NCBI GenBank assembly: GCA_963799845.1
Contig: CAWCYI010000006.1
Location: 672,001 to 736,000 of the forward strand
DNA from: an uncultured Nitrososphaerota archaeon
GTDB lineage: Archaea > Thermoproteota > Nitrososphaeria > Nitrososphaerales > CADDZS01
DNA length: 64,000 bases
Reading direction: 5' to 3'
The notes under the pieces were generated by a model. The model saw nothing but the letters and a program-made list of their open reading frames with translations, did not search any database and had not been told where the DNA came from. The position numbers were made by a program, and so were the translations under genes. The first letter of the stretch is position 1; each line of letters opens with the position of its first letter. Below are positions 19,126 to 30,085 of the stretch, one piece after another.

Positions 19126-20364
19126 CTGCACGTACTCGACGGGCTGAGAGTCTTAGACGTTTCACGGGTCATGTCTGGTCCTTACGCGTCGATGCTGCTT
19201 GGTGACTATGGTGCGAAAATTATCAAGGTTGAAGACACTGGATTCGGGGATGAGACGAGACAGTGGTACCCGCCCACGATTGATGGCGAGAGCGCCTACT
19301 ACCTTTCAGCCAACAGAAACAAGAAGGATATTGCTCTAAATCTGAAAACTCCTGAAGGTCGGAAGGTCTTTTACAAACTCGCCAAAAGATCAGATGTCCT
19401 GATAGAAAATTTCAGGCCAGGTGTTACTGCAAAACTGGGAATAGATTATGGGTCAATTTCCAAGATAAACTCAAAGATAATCTACTGTTCGATCTCCGGG
19501 TTCGGACAGACAGGCCCATACGCCAATTTACCGGGTTACGATCTGATCGTATTTGCAATGGGCGGGATCATGAGCTTTACCGGCGAAGCCGGCAGACCGC
19601 CCGTCAGAGTCAGCGTCCCGATCGCTGACATGTGCGCTGGGCTATATTCTGTAACCGCGATTCTCGCAGCTTTGAGATATCTGGATAGGACCGGAAAAGG
19701 TCAGAGCATTGACATTTCGATGTATGACGTTCAGGTTTCGCTTTTAACGCATCAGGCAATGGCGTACCTCGCGACCGGCAGGAACCCGGACAAATTGGGG
19801 TCATCTCATGCAAATCTGGCACCATATCAAGCATTCATCGGCGGTGATTGTGGATACTTCGTCCTGGCTGTCGGAAATGACAAGCTGTGGGGCGATCTTT
19901 GTGTCGCCCTCGGAAAACCAGAGATTGCCGAAGACCCTAGATTCAAAACAAATCCAAATAGGATGAAAAACAAGCAAGAGCTTGTAACAATTCTTGCTGA
20001 GATTTTCTCTCAGAAGCCTGCGAACTACTGGATAGAGCTTTCGCAAAAAGCGGGCGTCCCGGCCGCTCCAATTTCCGAAGTTTCCCACGTGCTTTCAGAT
20101 CAGCACACCCTTGCGAGAGAGATGGTTGTAGAAATCGATAATCCGCGTACGGGGAAGAAGTTGAAACAGCTTGGTACCGCCGCGAAATTTTCGGTAGCAA
20201 AAACTTCGATCAGACTTCCCCCGCCGGCTCAGGGACAACATACAATTGAAATCCTGAGAGAATTAGGCTATACAAAGAGGCAGATACGAGATTTGATCCT
20301 CGCTAACGCAGTAAAAATTCACACTGGAAAGGAACCAGGAAATGAATCTAGTTTCAATCGCTAA
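19126..20364 (+). CDS. CaiB/BaiF family (class III) CoA-transferase
   Basis: LDGLRVLDVSRVMSGPY lies upstream of the listed ATG; NRNKK, ENFRPG and PGYD motifs. Confidence 0.9.
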   Translation: MHVLDGLRVLDVSRVMSGPYASMLLGDYGAKIIKVEDTGFGDETRQWYPPTIDGESAYYLSANRNKKDIALNLKTPEGRKVFYKLAKRSDVLIENFRPGVTAKLGIDYGSISKINSKIIYCSISGFGQTGPYANLPGYDLIVFAMGGIMSFTGEAGRPPVRVSVPIADMCAGLYSVTAILAALRYLDRTGKGQSIDISMYDVQVSLLTHQAMAYLATGRNPDKLGSSHANLAPYQAFIGGDCGYFVLAVGNDKLWGDLCVALGKPEIAEDPRFKTNPNRMKNKQELVTILAEIFSQKPANYWIELSQKAGVPAAPISEVSHVLSDQHTLAREMVVEIDNPRTGKKLKQLGTAAKFSVAKTSIRLPPPAQGQHTIEILRELGYTKRQIRDLILANAVKIHTGKEPGNESSFNR

Positions 20365-20537
20365 CTAATATTTGATTCTCTAATAGAATCAAATTTTGAC
20401 TGTTGAGTACGCATGCTTTCAGGAAATATTAAATCGATATCACCGGTGTAAGGAAATTTGCGAAACGTGAGGACGCGACTTACTTTTCCAAGATCAAATA
20501 CGGGAGTGAACAAGAGATCTCTTACGAAGTTGCTAGT

Positions 20538-22862
20538 GTGAGCGGTCAGCAGAAGAAAAAAGCCGCCGAACTAACTTCGTACATGCCAATTCCTGTTTCG
20601 CGATCTACAGAATTTTGGACGAAATGGAAAATAAGCCACATCCGAGCTCTTGCCCAGACAGGTCAGGCTACAGAGGAACTTTTCGTCCCGGCAGCCGAGA
20701 GAACAGGTAGAGTTCTCGACAAACTGTATCTCAAGGGTGACGGAAAGAAAGACCAGAAGAGCTCGGTTCGACCTACTAGTACGGTTGTGCCTTTTTCAAA
20801 CGAGTCGGACCTGGAATTATCATCGCCGCTGTATCTCGGTGACATGTCGTTCGGAGCGCTTTCGGGAATCCCCAATATTGCTATAGCAAAAGCTGCTGAT
20901 GCCACCAATATTCTAGCCGGAACTGGCGAGGGTGGACTTCAAAAAGAAGTCGCGGATTGTTCGAGAATTACCGTTCAATGGGCTTCGGCGAGATTCGGGG
21001 TCGACATCGACACATTAGTCGCCGGGCAGGCCGTAGTGATAAAAATCGGTCAGGGGGCGAAGCCAGGAATAGGTGGTCACCTTCCGGGCGTCAAGGTTAC
21101 TCTGCCGATATCAGAGACGAGAAGAATACCGATCGGAAGGGACGCAATCTCGCCCGCGCCTCATCATGATATTTACTCAATTGAAGATTTAGGGCAGCGG
21201 ATTCTCGCTCTCAAAGAAGCCGTGAAAAAACCAATTTTTGTCAAGGTTGGTGCTACAAACTACATCCCCTACATCGCTTCCGGAATTGCCAGGATGGGAG
21301 CATCGGGAATTATCATTGATGGGGCAGGCGCAGGTACAGGAGCGGCCCCGTCCGTTATCAAGAACAATGTCGGAATCCCCATCGAATTTGCTGTTGCGTC
21401 GGTTGACTCGATCCTTAGGCGTGAAGGCTTGAGGGACAAATTCACCGTTATTGCGGCTGGACGTGTGAGCACCCCTGAAGATTCACTGAAATTGATCGCG
21501 CTGGGTGCTAACATTACAAGTCTTGGCACGGCTGCCTTGCTCGCCTTGGGGTGTTTGATGGTTCACAAGTGTCATCTCGGATACTGCCCAGCAGTTCTGA
21601 CAAACAAGATCAGCGAAAACCAAGCAAAGGTGCTGTCACTGAACCAATCAATTATTTGGTTGACGAACCTCGTCAAAGGATGGACTCAAGAAATGAAGTT
21701 GCTCATGGAACTGGTAGGAGTCTCGGAAATCAAAGATGCTGTAGGATTGAGAGATTTGTTGACCCATGATGGGTTAAGTCCTGAAACATTGGGAATACTC
21801 AATGTCAATTCTCCTAGGACTTCGAATTACGAGACTTCCCGTTTGAATGAACCAAGAACGGGTCTCCCCAAGTTATCACATAAGCCGTGGTCGACTAATC
21901 GTTTGAACATGCTTCGTGAAATGGCGGGGACAACCGGCAAATCCCCGGCAGAGGCGGAGATTTCTAGCATGGGATCAACTTCTGGGCCCTCAATAGAAGA
22001 ACCTTCAAGATTAGCTGACTGGCTCGTCTCGGATGGTGCGCAAGTTACAAGACCCAGCATAGACCCCTATAGAGAAGATATCGAGATCTTCTCTCGCTTG
22101 AGTGTGGGAGATGATACACTGAGGCTGGCAGCGCCATTTTTCTTTACTCATCTTCCCGAGGATCTACCTCTTGTGGTGAAGAAGGTATTCGCCAGGGTTG
22201 CTCAATCTTTGGGGTTGCTCTTCGATGTTGGTCAGTTTTCAACTAGAGCATTTTCACCCTACACAGAACGCCTAATTTCCAATGTCGCAGAGAATGAGCG
22301 CGATGGGCTGATGGTCACCAAAATCGGATCGGCTCAAAACAGTAAATTGTTTTGGCGAATTCCTGCTTCTAAAGCTGCTCTGGGGGAAATCGAGGCGAGA
22401 CTGGATCCCAGCTCGACATCGGGATTCATAATAGATGAGGACGATCCAAGATCGGATTTACCTCTGGAGATCGCAGTTTCCAAGCTTGACGAGTCACTCA
22501 AGAAGCGCGGGATTCGCTACCAAGTCGCTCTGTTGGCTGAGTCAAACATGATACGAGGAGCTGATGATATTTTCAAGATGCTTGCGCTGGGTGCAGACAG
22601 TACTGGTCTAGGAAGAGCCGGACTATTTGCGGTAGGATTTGAAGAGGGCGACAGTGAGATCGTGTTTGATGCGAAGCAGTCAATTGTCCATCTGGAGAAT
22701 TTCGTCGTCGCGCTCGAAAAGGAAATCAAGCTCCTCGCTGGCGCTGCAGGTGTGAGCAGCCTTTCATCTTCTTTGGTGGGAAACAGAGAGCTCCTGCGGT
22801 CAATCGATTTGGTTGAGGATGTCAGAAAAGAACTAGGGATAAAGCCGTCGGGCGGAGCGTAA
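20538..22862 (+). CDS. archaeal glutamate synthase FMN subunit, with a second degenerate barrel copy
   Basis: MSFGALS, GTGEGG, KIGQGAKPGIGGHLPG, SPAPHHDIYSIEDL and 3Fe-4S motif CLMVHKCHLGYC. Confidence 0.9.
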   Translation: MSGQQKKKAAELTSYMPIPVSRSTEFWTKWKISHIRALAQTGQATEELFVPAAERTGRVLDKLYLKGDGKKDQKSSVRPTSTVVPFSNESDLELSSPLYLGDMSFGALSGIPNIAIAKAADATNILAGTGEGGLQKEVADCSRITVQWASARFGVDIDTLVAGQAVVIKIGQGAKPGIGGHLPGVKVTLPISETRRIPIGRDAISPAPHHDIYSIEDLGQRILALKEAVKKPIFVKVGATNYIPYIASGIARMGASGIIIDGAGAGTGAAPSVIKNNVGIPIEFAVASVDSILRREGLRDKFTVIAAGRVSTPEDSLKLIALGANITSLGTAALLALGCLMVHKCHLGYCPAVLTNKISENQAKVLSLNQSIIWLTNLVKGWTQEMKLLMELVGVSEIKDAVGLRDLLTHDGLSPETLGILNVNSPRTSNYETSRLNEPRTGLPKLSHKPWSTNRLNMLREMAGTTGKSPAEAEISSMGSTSGPSIEEPSRLADWLVSDGAQVTRPSIDPYREDIEIFSRLSVGDDTLRLAAPFFFTHLPEDLPLVVKKVFARVAQSLGLLFDVGQFSTRAFSPYTERLISNVAENERDGLMVTKIGSAQNSKLFWRIPASKAALGEIEARLDPSSTSGFIIDEDDPRSDLPLEIAVSKLDESLKKRGIRYQVALLAESNMIRGADDIFKMLALGADSTGLGRAGLFAVGFEEGDSEIVFDAKQSIVHLENFVVALEKEIKLLAGAAGVSSLSSSLVGNRELLRSIDLVEDVRKELGIKPSGGA

Positions 22863-22867
22863 TTTTC

Positions 22868-25009
22868 TTGATCGAACCGAATGATGAATGGCGATTTGAT
22901 ACTTCGTACGGCCAACCGATCGTTAAAGACGGTTGCGGCGTTTTAGGAATAATAAAGAAACCCGGCGCCCCCCAGATCTCGAGCAAGAATGTGGTAGTCG
23001 GGCTTTCTTGCATCAAATATCGGGGGAGTAACTTGGGAGCTGGTTTTGCTTGCTTTGATTCGACTCGCCTTGACAAAATCAAGATCAAAGCATTCGTAAA
23101 GGACGAGTCTGTCGGAAATTACATCGAATCGGAGCTTTCGAATCTTCTGGGCGCTCCTGCCTTTTCCCACATGGAAAGCGTCGGTGATACTTCGCTTGGT
23201 AGAAAAATTCTGGATTTGGAATTTGAATACTCTTCTGCCGGAGTATCCAATTTAGATCGCAAGGTCGATCAGATTAATTCAACATTCCTTTCGGATAGAA
23301 GAATCGATGGGAGAATCTTCTCTTTTGGAAGATCTGTGAGCGTCTTCAAAGAAGTGGGCTATCCACTGGATGTTGCGAAAATGTTTGGACTGGATGGTGA
23401 GAGCGAAAAGTTTGGTGACTTGTGGCTCGCTCACACCAGACAACCGACAAACTCCCCTGGTTCTTCACCGATCTGGTCGCATCCATTTTCATCGTTTGAC
23501 TGCGCTATCGTCCACAACGGCGACATTAGCTCGTTCGGGGCGAATCTGGAGCTCCTAAATTCTCTGGGATACAGAAGTCACGTGGGTACGGATAGCGAGG
23601 TCATTGCAAATCTGTTGAATTATCTTATACGGATCGAAGGGCTATCGGTCATCGATGCCGCAACCGTGCTGACGAATCCATTTGAGGAAAAACTGCAGCC
23701 AGCAACTCTTGAACTTCTGTCCAAATACAAAGGAGCGAAGCTCGACGGCCCTTTTGCGGTTGTGGCTGGATATTCCGACGAAAACGATTCTTACCTAATC
23801 GCTCTGACGGATAGATCCAAATTCCGTCCTATTGTGTTTGGAGAAGATGAAAATTGTTTCTATGTCGCCAGCGAAGAAAACCAGATTCGAATCCTGTCGG
23901 CTCGCGCAAGGATATGGACTCCAGAACCTGGTTCATTTTTCGTTGCCTCTGCGAAAAAGGGATTGATCGAATCGGGCACGACGCGAGTTACCTCGAATTC
24001 TTTCTGGCCGGGAGTCGGAGATTTGGATCAAAATGGTGAAACCATCGATGCTACTGGAATGTCATATAGCGAAGTTAACGAGAAAATCCGAAGATCTTAC
24101 GAAATTGGCTCCAGAGAAATACGATTCAGTAATCTGAGCGGACAGCGATATGTTGGCATCGGCTTTTCAAACAAGAAAAAGGATCCTTCATTCAAGATAA
24201 GGTTGAGCGGCTTTCCGGGTAATTGCCTTGCCAACCTGAACGACGGAGCAATTTTCGAGATCTTCGGGAATGTCGGGGACGATCTTGGTGACACGATGCA
24301 CTCCGGCCGAGTATTGATTCACGGAAGCGCCAGAGACGTAGTCGGTCAGGCTCTGCAGGGCGGCGAAATTTTCATCCGAGGATCGGTTGGAAACAGGGCC
24401 GCGATACAGATGCGCGAGTATAAGAATTACAGACCTTATTTGATAGTTGGCGAAACGTCAGACGACTACCTCTGCGAGTACATGGCAGGGGGCGTTGTAG
24501 TTATTCTGAATCTCTCTGATGAAAAAAGTCCCGTGGGAAATTACGTCGGAACGGGAATGGTAGGAGGCACCATTTACATCAGAGGAAAGGTGAAAGAACA
24601 ATGTATCGGCCTCCCACCGAAGAAAACGGACATCCTGAACTATCTTGCTGTGGAAAAAATTGATGGTGGAATCTCAACCGAGACATTCGAAATCATTTCT
24701 GGACTGGAATACCCGAGCGAAAAATCTCTTTCCGAGTTTTTGCCGGAGAGGGTTTACAAGCGTATCAGGAGTCTATTTTTCAGAGGCAAATACTCAAAAC
24801 CTGTGTCAGTTGAGTACCGCAGGCTGGATAAACGGCTAGATGATTTAGAGACCTTGGTCAAAAATATGGAAAGATTTTTCGGTGCATTCGGAATTACGCA
24901 AAATCAACAGGATACTGTTCTAAACTCTGAATTCACTGTCATTCAAAGTAAAGAGGGCGAAGAAAAAGAGGCGCCAATTCCTCCACAAGAAGTGCCCGTC
25001 GAGGAGTAA
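22868..25009 (+). CDS. glutamate synthase GATase-II + GXGXG domain subunit
   Basis: DGCGVLG, AHTRQPTNS, VHNGD, GTDSEV; beta-helix repeats with EYMAGG and GTGMVGG. Confidence 0.9.
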   Translation: MIEPNDEWRFDTSYGQPIVKDGCGVLGIIKKPGAPQISSKNVVVGLSCIKYRGSNLGAGFACFDSTRLDKIKIKAFVKDESVGNYIESELSNLLGAPAFSHMESVGDTSLGRKILDLEFEYSSAGVSNLDRKVDQINSTFLSDRRIDGRIFSFGRSVSVFKEVGYPLDVAKMFGLDGESEKFGDLWLAHTRQPTNSPGSSPIWSHPFSSFDCAIVHNGDISSFGANLELLNSLGYRSHVGTDSEVIANLLNYLIRIEGLSVIDAATVLTNPFEEKLQPATLELLSKYKGAKLDGPFAVVAGYSDENDSYLIALTDRSKFRPIVFGEDENCFYVASEENQIRILSARARIWTPEPGSFFVASAKKGLIESGTTRVTSNSFWPGVGDLDQNGETIDATGMSYSEVNEKIRRSYEIGSREIRFSNLSGQRYVGIGFSNKKKDPSFKIRLSGFPGNCLANLNDGAIFEIFGNVGDDLGDTMHSGRVLIHGSARDVVGQALQGGEIFIRGSVGNRAAIQMREYKNYRPYLIVGETSDDYLCEYMAGGVVVILNLSDEKSPVGNYVGTGMVGGTIYIRGKVKEQCIGLPPKKTDILNYLAVEKIDGGISTETFEIISGLEYPSEKSLSEFLPERVYKRIRSLFFRGKYSKPVSVEYRRLDKRLDDLETLVKNMERFFGAFGITQNQQDTVLNSEFTVIQSKEGEEKEAPIPPQEVPVEE

Positions 25010-25015
25010 TCGCAC

Positions 25016-25910
25016 TTGCCGGAAAAGACCGGGGATCTCTGGTGGCTATTCACCAGACAGACCCTCTGTGTTACTCAAAATGAGAGCATCCTGAACGCAG
25101 CTCTACTCATGCAAAAAAGGAATTTTCGGCACTTGCCGGTGATTACTGAATCAGGCAAGAGGCTCGCAGGAGTACTCTCTGCTCAGGACGTAATTGATTC
25201 CGTTTTTCTTGCGCTTGGACCCAGAACTAATTCGGAAGATGTCATCAGGTCTCTTGACATACCTCTTTACAGAATAATGTCCCTTCATCCGATAGTCGTT
25301 GAAAAAGGAGATGGTCTTGCTCAGGTGGTCAAGAAATTTGTGGCACATAATATTGGGGCTCTTCCCGTCGTAGACGAGACCGGACAAATACAAGGAATTA
25401 TTACACTGAGAGATCTTGTTGGTCTGCTGGGGACTGGATCTGAGCCACTTGGCGTCAAGGTGTCCGAGTTGATGACGAAACAAGTTACGGCGATTGATTC
25501 CAGGTCGTCCGTGGCTGACGCGGTTCATTTAATGTCTGAAAACAGAGTTAGGCGTCTTCCAATCGTTTCCGACGGTACTGAAAGCTCCGATCGGCATGCT
25601 CACGAACAAGGATATCTTGAGGCTCCTAAGTAGGATTGCTTCGACTGAGGAAAGCCCGGGCTTTAGGACGAAAATCTCTGAGATGATGACGCGCGACGTC
25701 ATTTCTGTGGAAGCTGATGACGATATCAGGGTCGCCGCGTCAAGGATGATGATATTCGGCATTGGCGGGCTTGCAGTCGAGGAAGATTCTGGACCCATAC
25801 TTGGCCTTATTACGGAGAGGGATTTAGTGAAAAGGCTGACCGAAATCCGCTCTGTAAGTTTTCTCGTGCAATCTATGAAGTTCGAGCTTGAAGTCATGAA
25901 ACATAATTAG
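25016..25910 (+). CDS. four-CBS-domain protein (frameshift ~25585)
   Basis: RHLPV, GALPVVD, RRLPIV and GLITERD repeats across two ORFs. Confidence 0.85.
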
Positions 25911-25923
25911 ATGGTTTTCATCG

Positions 25924-26211
25924 TTGGCAAAAGTTGTGACCCGAAGCGAGTTGAGAAAAGTCCGCTCGATCGCCACGATAATCGGCCAGGAACACTTGCA
26001 GTCACTGTTGAACTCCGAATACAAAGTAGTGAATAAAATGTACGTGTACTCGACGAAAAACGATGACAAGGAGTTAGTAATCAGCATATGGAGCGAGCCG
26101 AAGGAGAACAAGTCTTCACGCTGCCTGTTCTCAGATAGAATTGGAGTGGATGCGTATATGGCTGCCCTCGATTACTGGCGGCCGAGCTTTAGACCGTCCG
26201 GGAGCGAGTGA
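25924..26211 (+). CDS. hypothetical protein
   Basis: Co-oriented and tightly spaced within the operon. Confidence 0.6.
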   Translation: MAKVVTRSELRKVRSIATIIGQEHLQSLLNSEYKVVNKMYVYSTKNDDKELVISIWSEPKENKSSRCLFSDRIGVDAYMAALDYWRPSFRPSGSE

Positions 26212-26471
26212 ACGTGGATTTAGGAGAGAAGGAGCAGCAGCTGCTAAGTGAACTGGGGCTTGTCACCCTTGACTCCGATGAGATTGAGCAGAAAGTCGGG
26301 AACCTGAATATGCGTCAGCTTGATCGGCTAAAATTGATGTTTGAGAGGATAAGCAAGAAAGAAGATGTTTTTTCCGAAAAAACAAAGCAAGGTATCAAGA
26401 ATAACGACCTAAAGGCCTTTGCCGAAGCTGTGATTAGTCTCGAACGCGCACAAATGAAAAAGCATAATTAA
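26208..26471 (+). CDS. hypothetical helical protein
   Basis: GTGA start/stop overlap with the upstream ORF; charged helical composition. Confidence 0.65.
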   Translation: MNVDLGEKEQQLLSELGLVTLDSDEIEQKVGNLNMRQLDRLKLMFERISKKEDVFSEKTKQGIKNNDLKAFAEAVISLERAQMKKHN

Positions 26472-26520
26472 TCTCTCGCCGCAAAGCGTCAAGGTCTTTC
26501 CCTTCAGGGGTTTCCGTTTC

Positions 26521-26751
26521 ATGCCTAGAGCAATCGTATTGGTAAATGCAGATGTGGGCAAGGAATCGGAGGTATATGCGTCGATCAAGTCAATTCCTGA
26601 AGTTATCGAAGTGCACACGAGCTACGGGACCTACGACATTATCGCTATCGTGAACGCCGAGACAAACGAGAGATTAAAGGGTATCATCACAACCCGGATA
26701 AGATCGATTCCATCGATTCGCTCCACTCTAAGCATGCCGGTCGTAGACTAA
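26521..26751 (+). CDS. Lrp/AsnC ligand-binding (RAM) domain protein
   Basis: YGTYDIIA and IRSTLSM motifs; 76 aa. Confidence 0.85.
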   Translation: MPRAIVLVNADVGKESEVYASIKSIPEVIEVHTSYGTYDIIAIVNAETNERLKGIITTRIRSIPSIRSTLSMPVVD

Positions 26752-27071
26752 TGGATTCCGTAGTCCTTTCGGACGAAACCTTCTTCCCCGCAATTAAATC
26801 GCAACCACTTATGGTCACGGACTTTTGGGCGTCGTGGTGTGGCCCCTGTAGGATGATGGCACCAATTCTCGGGGAACTCGCAGAAAAGTATGATGGCAAA
26901 ATAGTTTTTGCGAAGATCAACGTCGATGAAAACCCGCGGACTTCCCAGCAATTCGGAATAATGAGCATTCCGACATTTCTAGTTACGAACAAAGGAAAGG
27001 TACTGGATGTACTCATCGGGGCTATGCAGAAGGAACAATTCGAAAAAGAGATCATAAAGTATTTGGCTTGA
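26751..27071 (+). CDS. trxA: thioredoxin
   Basis: DFWASWCGPC and MSIPTF. Confidence 0.95.
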   Translation: MDSVVLSDETFFPAIKSQPLMVTDFWASWCGPCRMMAPILGELAEKYDGKIVFAKINVDENPRTSQQFGIMSIPTFLVTNKGKVLDVLIGAMQKEQFEKEIIKYLA

Positions 27072-27082
27072 ATCTCAAGAGA

Positions 27083-27895
27083 CTAGAGTTTCGAGAGAAT
27101 TCTTTCACGGTTGAACAGCCTGACCCCGAGACGAAGAATAAAATAGTCAACGACGACCATTACTGCAAGAATGACGATGAGAGTGTCCATTCCCAGAAGT
27201 ATCGCTCCCGTCGTTTGTCCAAAGAGAAGTATTACAATCGGAATCACAAGCAGACCGCTAATCTGTTGCGCTTCTCTCGTTCCACTTACCCGCGTAGATA
27301 TTATCACCGTAAGACCTGTGGCGGCGATCGCGAAAGCGGGAGCGAGTCCCAGGAGAATCAGCACCCACAACGAATTCGGCAAGATCGCGTAGCCGAACAT
27401 CGGATAGTCTAGGTAGTCGGTTATGCCGGCATAAATCGAAAACGAAAGGAATGTCACAATCATCGCAGGGACGAACGAGACGAGCGTTTTTCCAAACAGC
27501 AGCTCCATGTCTGATAACGGAGTAGCGAGTAGAGCTTCGACAGTTTTCCTCTCCTTTTCGCCAGCAAAACTGTCGGAGGAAATTATCGAGGAGACTATCA
27601 AAGGTGCAAGCATTGTAAACGGGGCGAAGAATACAGTCGACATCGAATACACAAAAGCTTGTTTTGCTGTCATGCCGGCCGTCAGCCCGGCGATCTCGAA
27701 CGGGAGTGAAAACGTCGATGCGAAGCTGCCCGCGCCATTACCAGAAAGTGCGAGGACCGGTATTTGGACCGCGACCACCGGCAAGAAGACGACCATCACG
27801 ATCGGAAGGACGAATATCGGAATCAGCAGCTGCTTACTCTGCCTTATCTCGAGCCAGTCCTTTCGGAATACGAGCATCGCGTTGTGAATGTTCAT
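27083..27895 (-). CDS. ABC-2 type transporter permease
   Basis: AGEKERKTVEALLATP and LFGK motifs; ~6 TM. Confidence 0.9.
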   Translation of the reverse strand: MNIHNAMLVFRKDWLEIRQSKQLLIPIFVLPIVMVVFLPVVAVQIPVLALSGNGAGSFASTFSLPFEIAGLTAGMTAKQAFVYSMSTVFFAPFTMLAPLIVSSIISSDSFAGEKERKTVEALLATPLSDMELLFGKTLVSFVPAMIVTFLSFSIYAGITDYLDYPMFGYAILPNSLWVLILLGLAPAFAIAATGLTVIISTRVSGTREAQQISGLLVIPIVILLFGQTTGAILLGMDTLIVILAVMVVVDYFILRLGVRLFNRERILSKL

Positions 27896-28454
27896 TTTTC
27901 TCTATTCTCATCTCGGGAAACGATCTCGAGGTACAGCTCTTCGAGAGAAGGTTTTATCTGTACTACACCTGTAATGTTCGCGCCAGCTTTAACGAGAGAG
28001 TCCACGGCCTTGGCGGTCAGTACGTCAATCTCGTTCACAGAGTACTTGGAGTCAAACGATAGCCCTATCGTCTTTCCGTCACTCCTTTTCGAGACATCTT
28101 TTACTCCTTCGACCAGTCTTAGCAGAGATTCCTCAGAGAAGTATTGTGTGTTGATCAGAGTAATTTGAACTGAATCTGACTTTGGGTTGGAGCTGTAGTT
28201 TTTCATATTTGTTGAAATCTCTTCTTCGGTTCCGGTGGCCAGAATTTTGCCGTGGCTCAGGATGGCAACTCGATCGCAAAGTCTAGAAGCGTCGTCCAGG
28301 TTGTGCGTAGAAAGAAGAACCGTGTGTCCACCAGTCCTTGCTGTGTCCGATATTTGGGACCTTATTTCCTTGGCTGACTCGGCGTCCAGCGATGCAGTTG
28401 GTTCATCCAACAAAAGTATTGACGGGCGATGCACCAACACCCTTGAAACAGCTA

Positions 28455-29627
28455 GTGCCGCGGCCAGATAGCTTGTTCTAGATTTTTACGCGAAGATTTA
28501 AGGCCATGTCATGTTCGTCTTCGAACATGGTAGTCCATGTTCGCAGCATAACGAATGAGGAGGGGAACAAGCTCAGACAGATAGTACGTTACGGCAAGGA
28601 TCCAATAGAGATGAGAAGAGCTCAGGTCGTACTTTCTAGCGCTCAGGGATTCACTCCTCCAAAGATAGGAGAGATTGTGATGATGAGTCAGGATTATGTT
28701 AGGTCGTTGATCAAATCTTTCAATGAGGAAGGGCTGGCGATGCTGAAGCCTCACTGGAAGCCTGGAGGAAACAGGAAATTCACTCCCGAACAGAAGGCAA
28801 AGCTCGTCTCTCTTGCAACGAGTCAGCCCAAGAATCTCGGACTGCCATTCCAGCAGTGGAGCTTGCGTCGTCTAAAGACCGAGGCTGAGAAGAGGGGGCT
28901 AGTGGATTCGATCAGCAAGGAATGGCTCCGAATAATACTGGATGAGTCAGACATCAGCTTCCAGAGCGTGAAGACGTGGAAGGAATCACAAGATCCTGAA
29001 TTTGAGAAAAAGAAAGCTCGCATAGAGCGATTGACGCGAAAGAAATCGAATCCTCCCGTGGTACTTAGCCTCGATGAGATGGGTCCGTTCAATCTCGTTC
29101 CTCATGGAGGAAGAGGATGGTTTGAGCAATCCGCCCCAGAAAGGATTCCAGCAAACTACAACAAGTTTGGAGGTGCGAGATACGAATACGTTTGCCTGAA
29201 CGTCTACCACCAGCGCTTGAGCATAGATCAGTATGCTCACAAGGGAGGAAAACCGTGGCTAGAGTTCTTGAAAGGCGAGAGATCAAAATATCCTCTTGAT
29301 GAAAGGGTGTACATGATACAGGACGGTTTTAGAGCTCACTGGACTCCTGACATTCGAAGATGGGCTCATTCCACCAATACAGCACTCGTTCCAACAGCGA
29401 CGAATGCGAGCTGGATGAATCCTGTCGAGTGCCACACGGGCGACATACAGAAGCTTGCCTTGAGCGGAACCAATTACAAGAGCTGGGATGAGGTTGGAAG
29501 AGCTTTCCAAAAAGCAGTGAGCTATCGTAACATCGAAAGGAGGGCAAGAGGCAAAAGGTTCAGAGATACGCAAGCAAGAAGAAAGGGTGGGAGGAGGAAA
29601 CTCAGACGACCTTTATGGACACGGCAC
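28455..29627 (+). mobile_element. IS630-family insertion sequence
   Basis: TA duplication at 28453-54 and 29628-29; imperfect TIRs GTGCCGCGGCCAGATAG / GTGCCGTGTCCATAAAG. Confidence 0.92.
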
Positions 29628-29630
29628 TAG
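28506..29630 (+). CDS. IS630 transposase
   Basis: HTH region; DDE motifs SLDE, IQDG..AH and ASWMNPVE; the stop codon uses the TA target. Confidence 0.92.
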   Translation: MSCSSSNMVVHVRSITNEEGNKLRQIVRYGKDPIEMRRAQVVLSSAQGFTPPKIGEIVMMSQDYVRSLIKSFNEEGLAMLKPHWKPGGNRKFTPEQKAKLVSLATSQPKNLGLPFQQWSLRRLKTEAEKRGLVDSISKEWLRIILDESDISFQSVKTWKESQDPEFEKKKARIERLTRKKSNPPVVLSLDEMGPFNLVPHGGRGWFEQSAPERIPANYNKFGGARYEYVCLNVYHQRLSIDQYAHKGGKPWLEFLKGERSKYPLDERVYMIQDGFRAHWTPDIRRWAHSTNTALVPTATNASWMNPVECHTGDIQKLALSGTNYKSWDEVGRAFQKAVSYRNIERRARGKRFRDTQARRKGGRRKLRRPLWTRH

Positions 29631-30085
29631 CTTTTGTTTCATTCACTTTGAGAAAGTACCGACTCTCTCCATTCTCCTTGAATCGAGACCGAACTCCTGC
29701 AGGACTTCACTCACTCGTTTGCCGATCTCTTGTTCTGGCACTCCGTAGGATCTTGCAAAGAATACAAGATTTTGCTCCGCTGTCAATCGTTCGTAGATAT
29801 TGGGGCTCTCCGTCAGGAGGCCAATCTCCCGGCTGATTTTTACCCTATTCTCGGGATCTTTGACGCTCTTTTCATTAACGAGAACGTCGCCTTCGGTCGG
29901 CGTCAGGAGGCATGAGATTATTCTCATCGTCGTAGTCTTTCCCGCCCCGTTCGGCCCCAGAAGCCCAAAGACTTCTCCACGCTTCACTTCCAGATTGACA
30001 TTGTCGATCGCTCTAAAAGATGAAAAGGATTTTCCAAGGTTCTTGAGCTCGAGTGACGGCGGGCCTGATTGCAAAAAGTTCCCTT

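Larger units (their letters stand above)
27892..30074 (-). pseudogene. ABC transporter ATPase disrupted by IS630 and a nonsense codon
   Basis: Walker A GPNGAGKT in 29643-30074 and Walker B LLLDEP in 27892-28440; rejoining at the TA target gives FSK*MKQKLAVSRVLVH. Confidence 0.9.
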
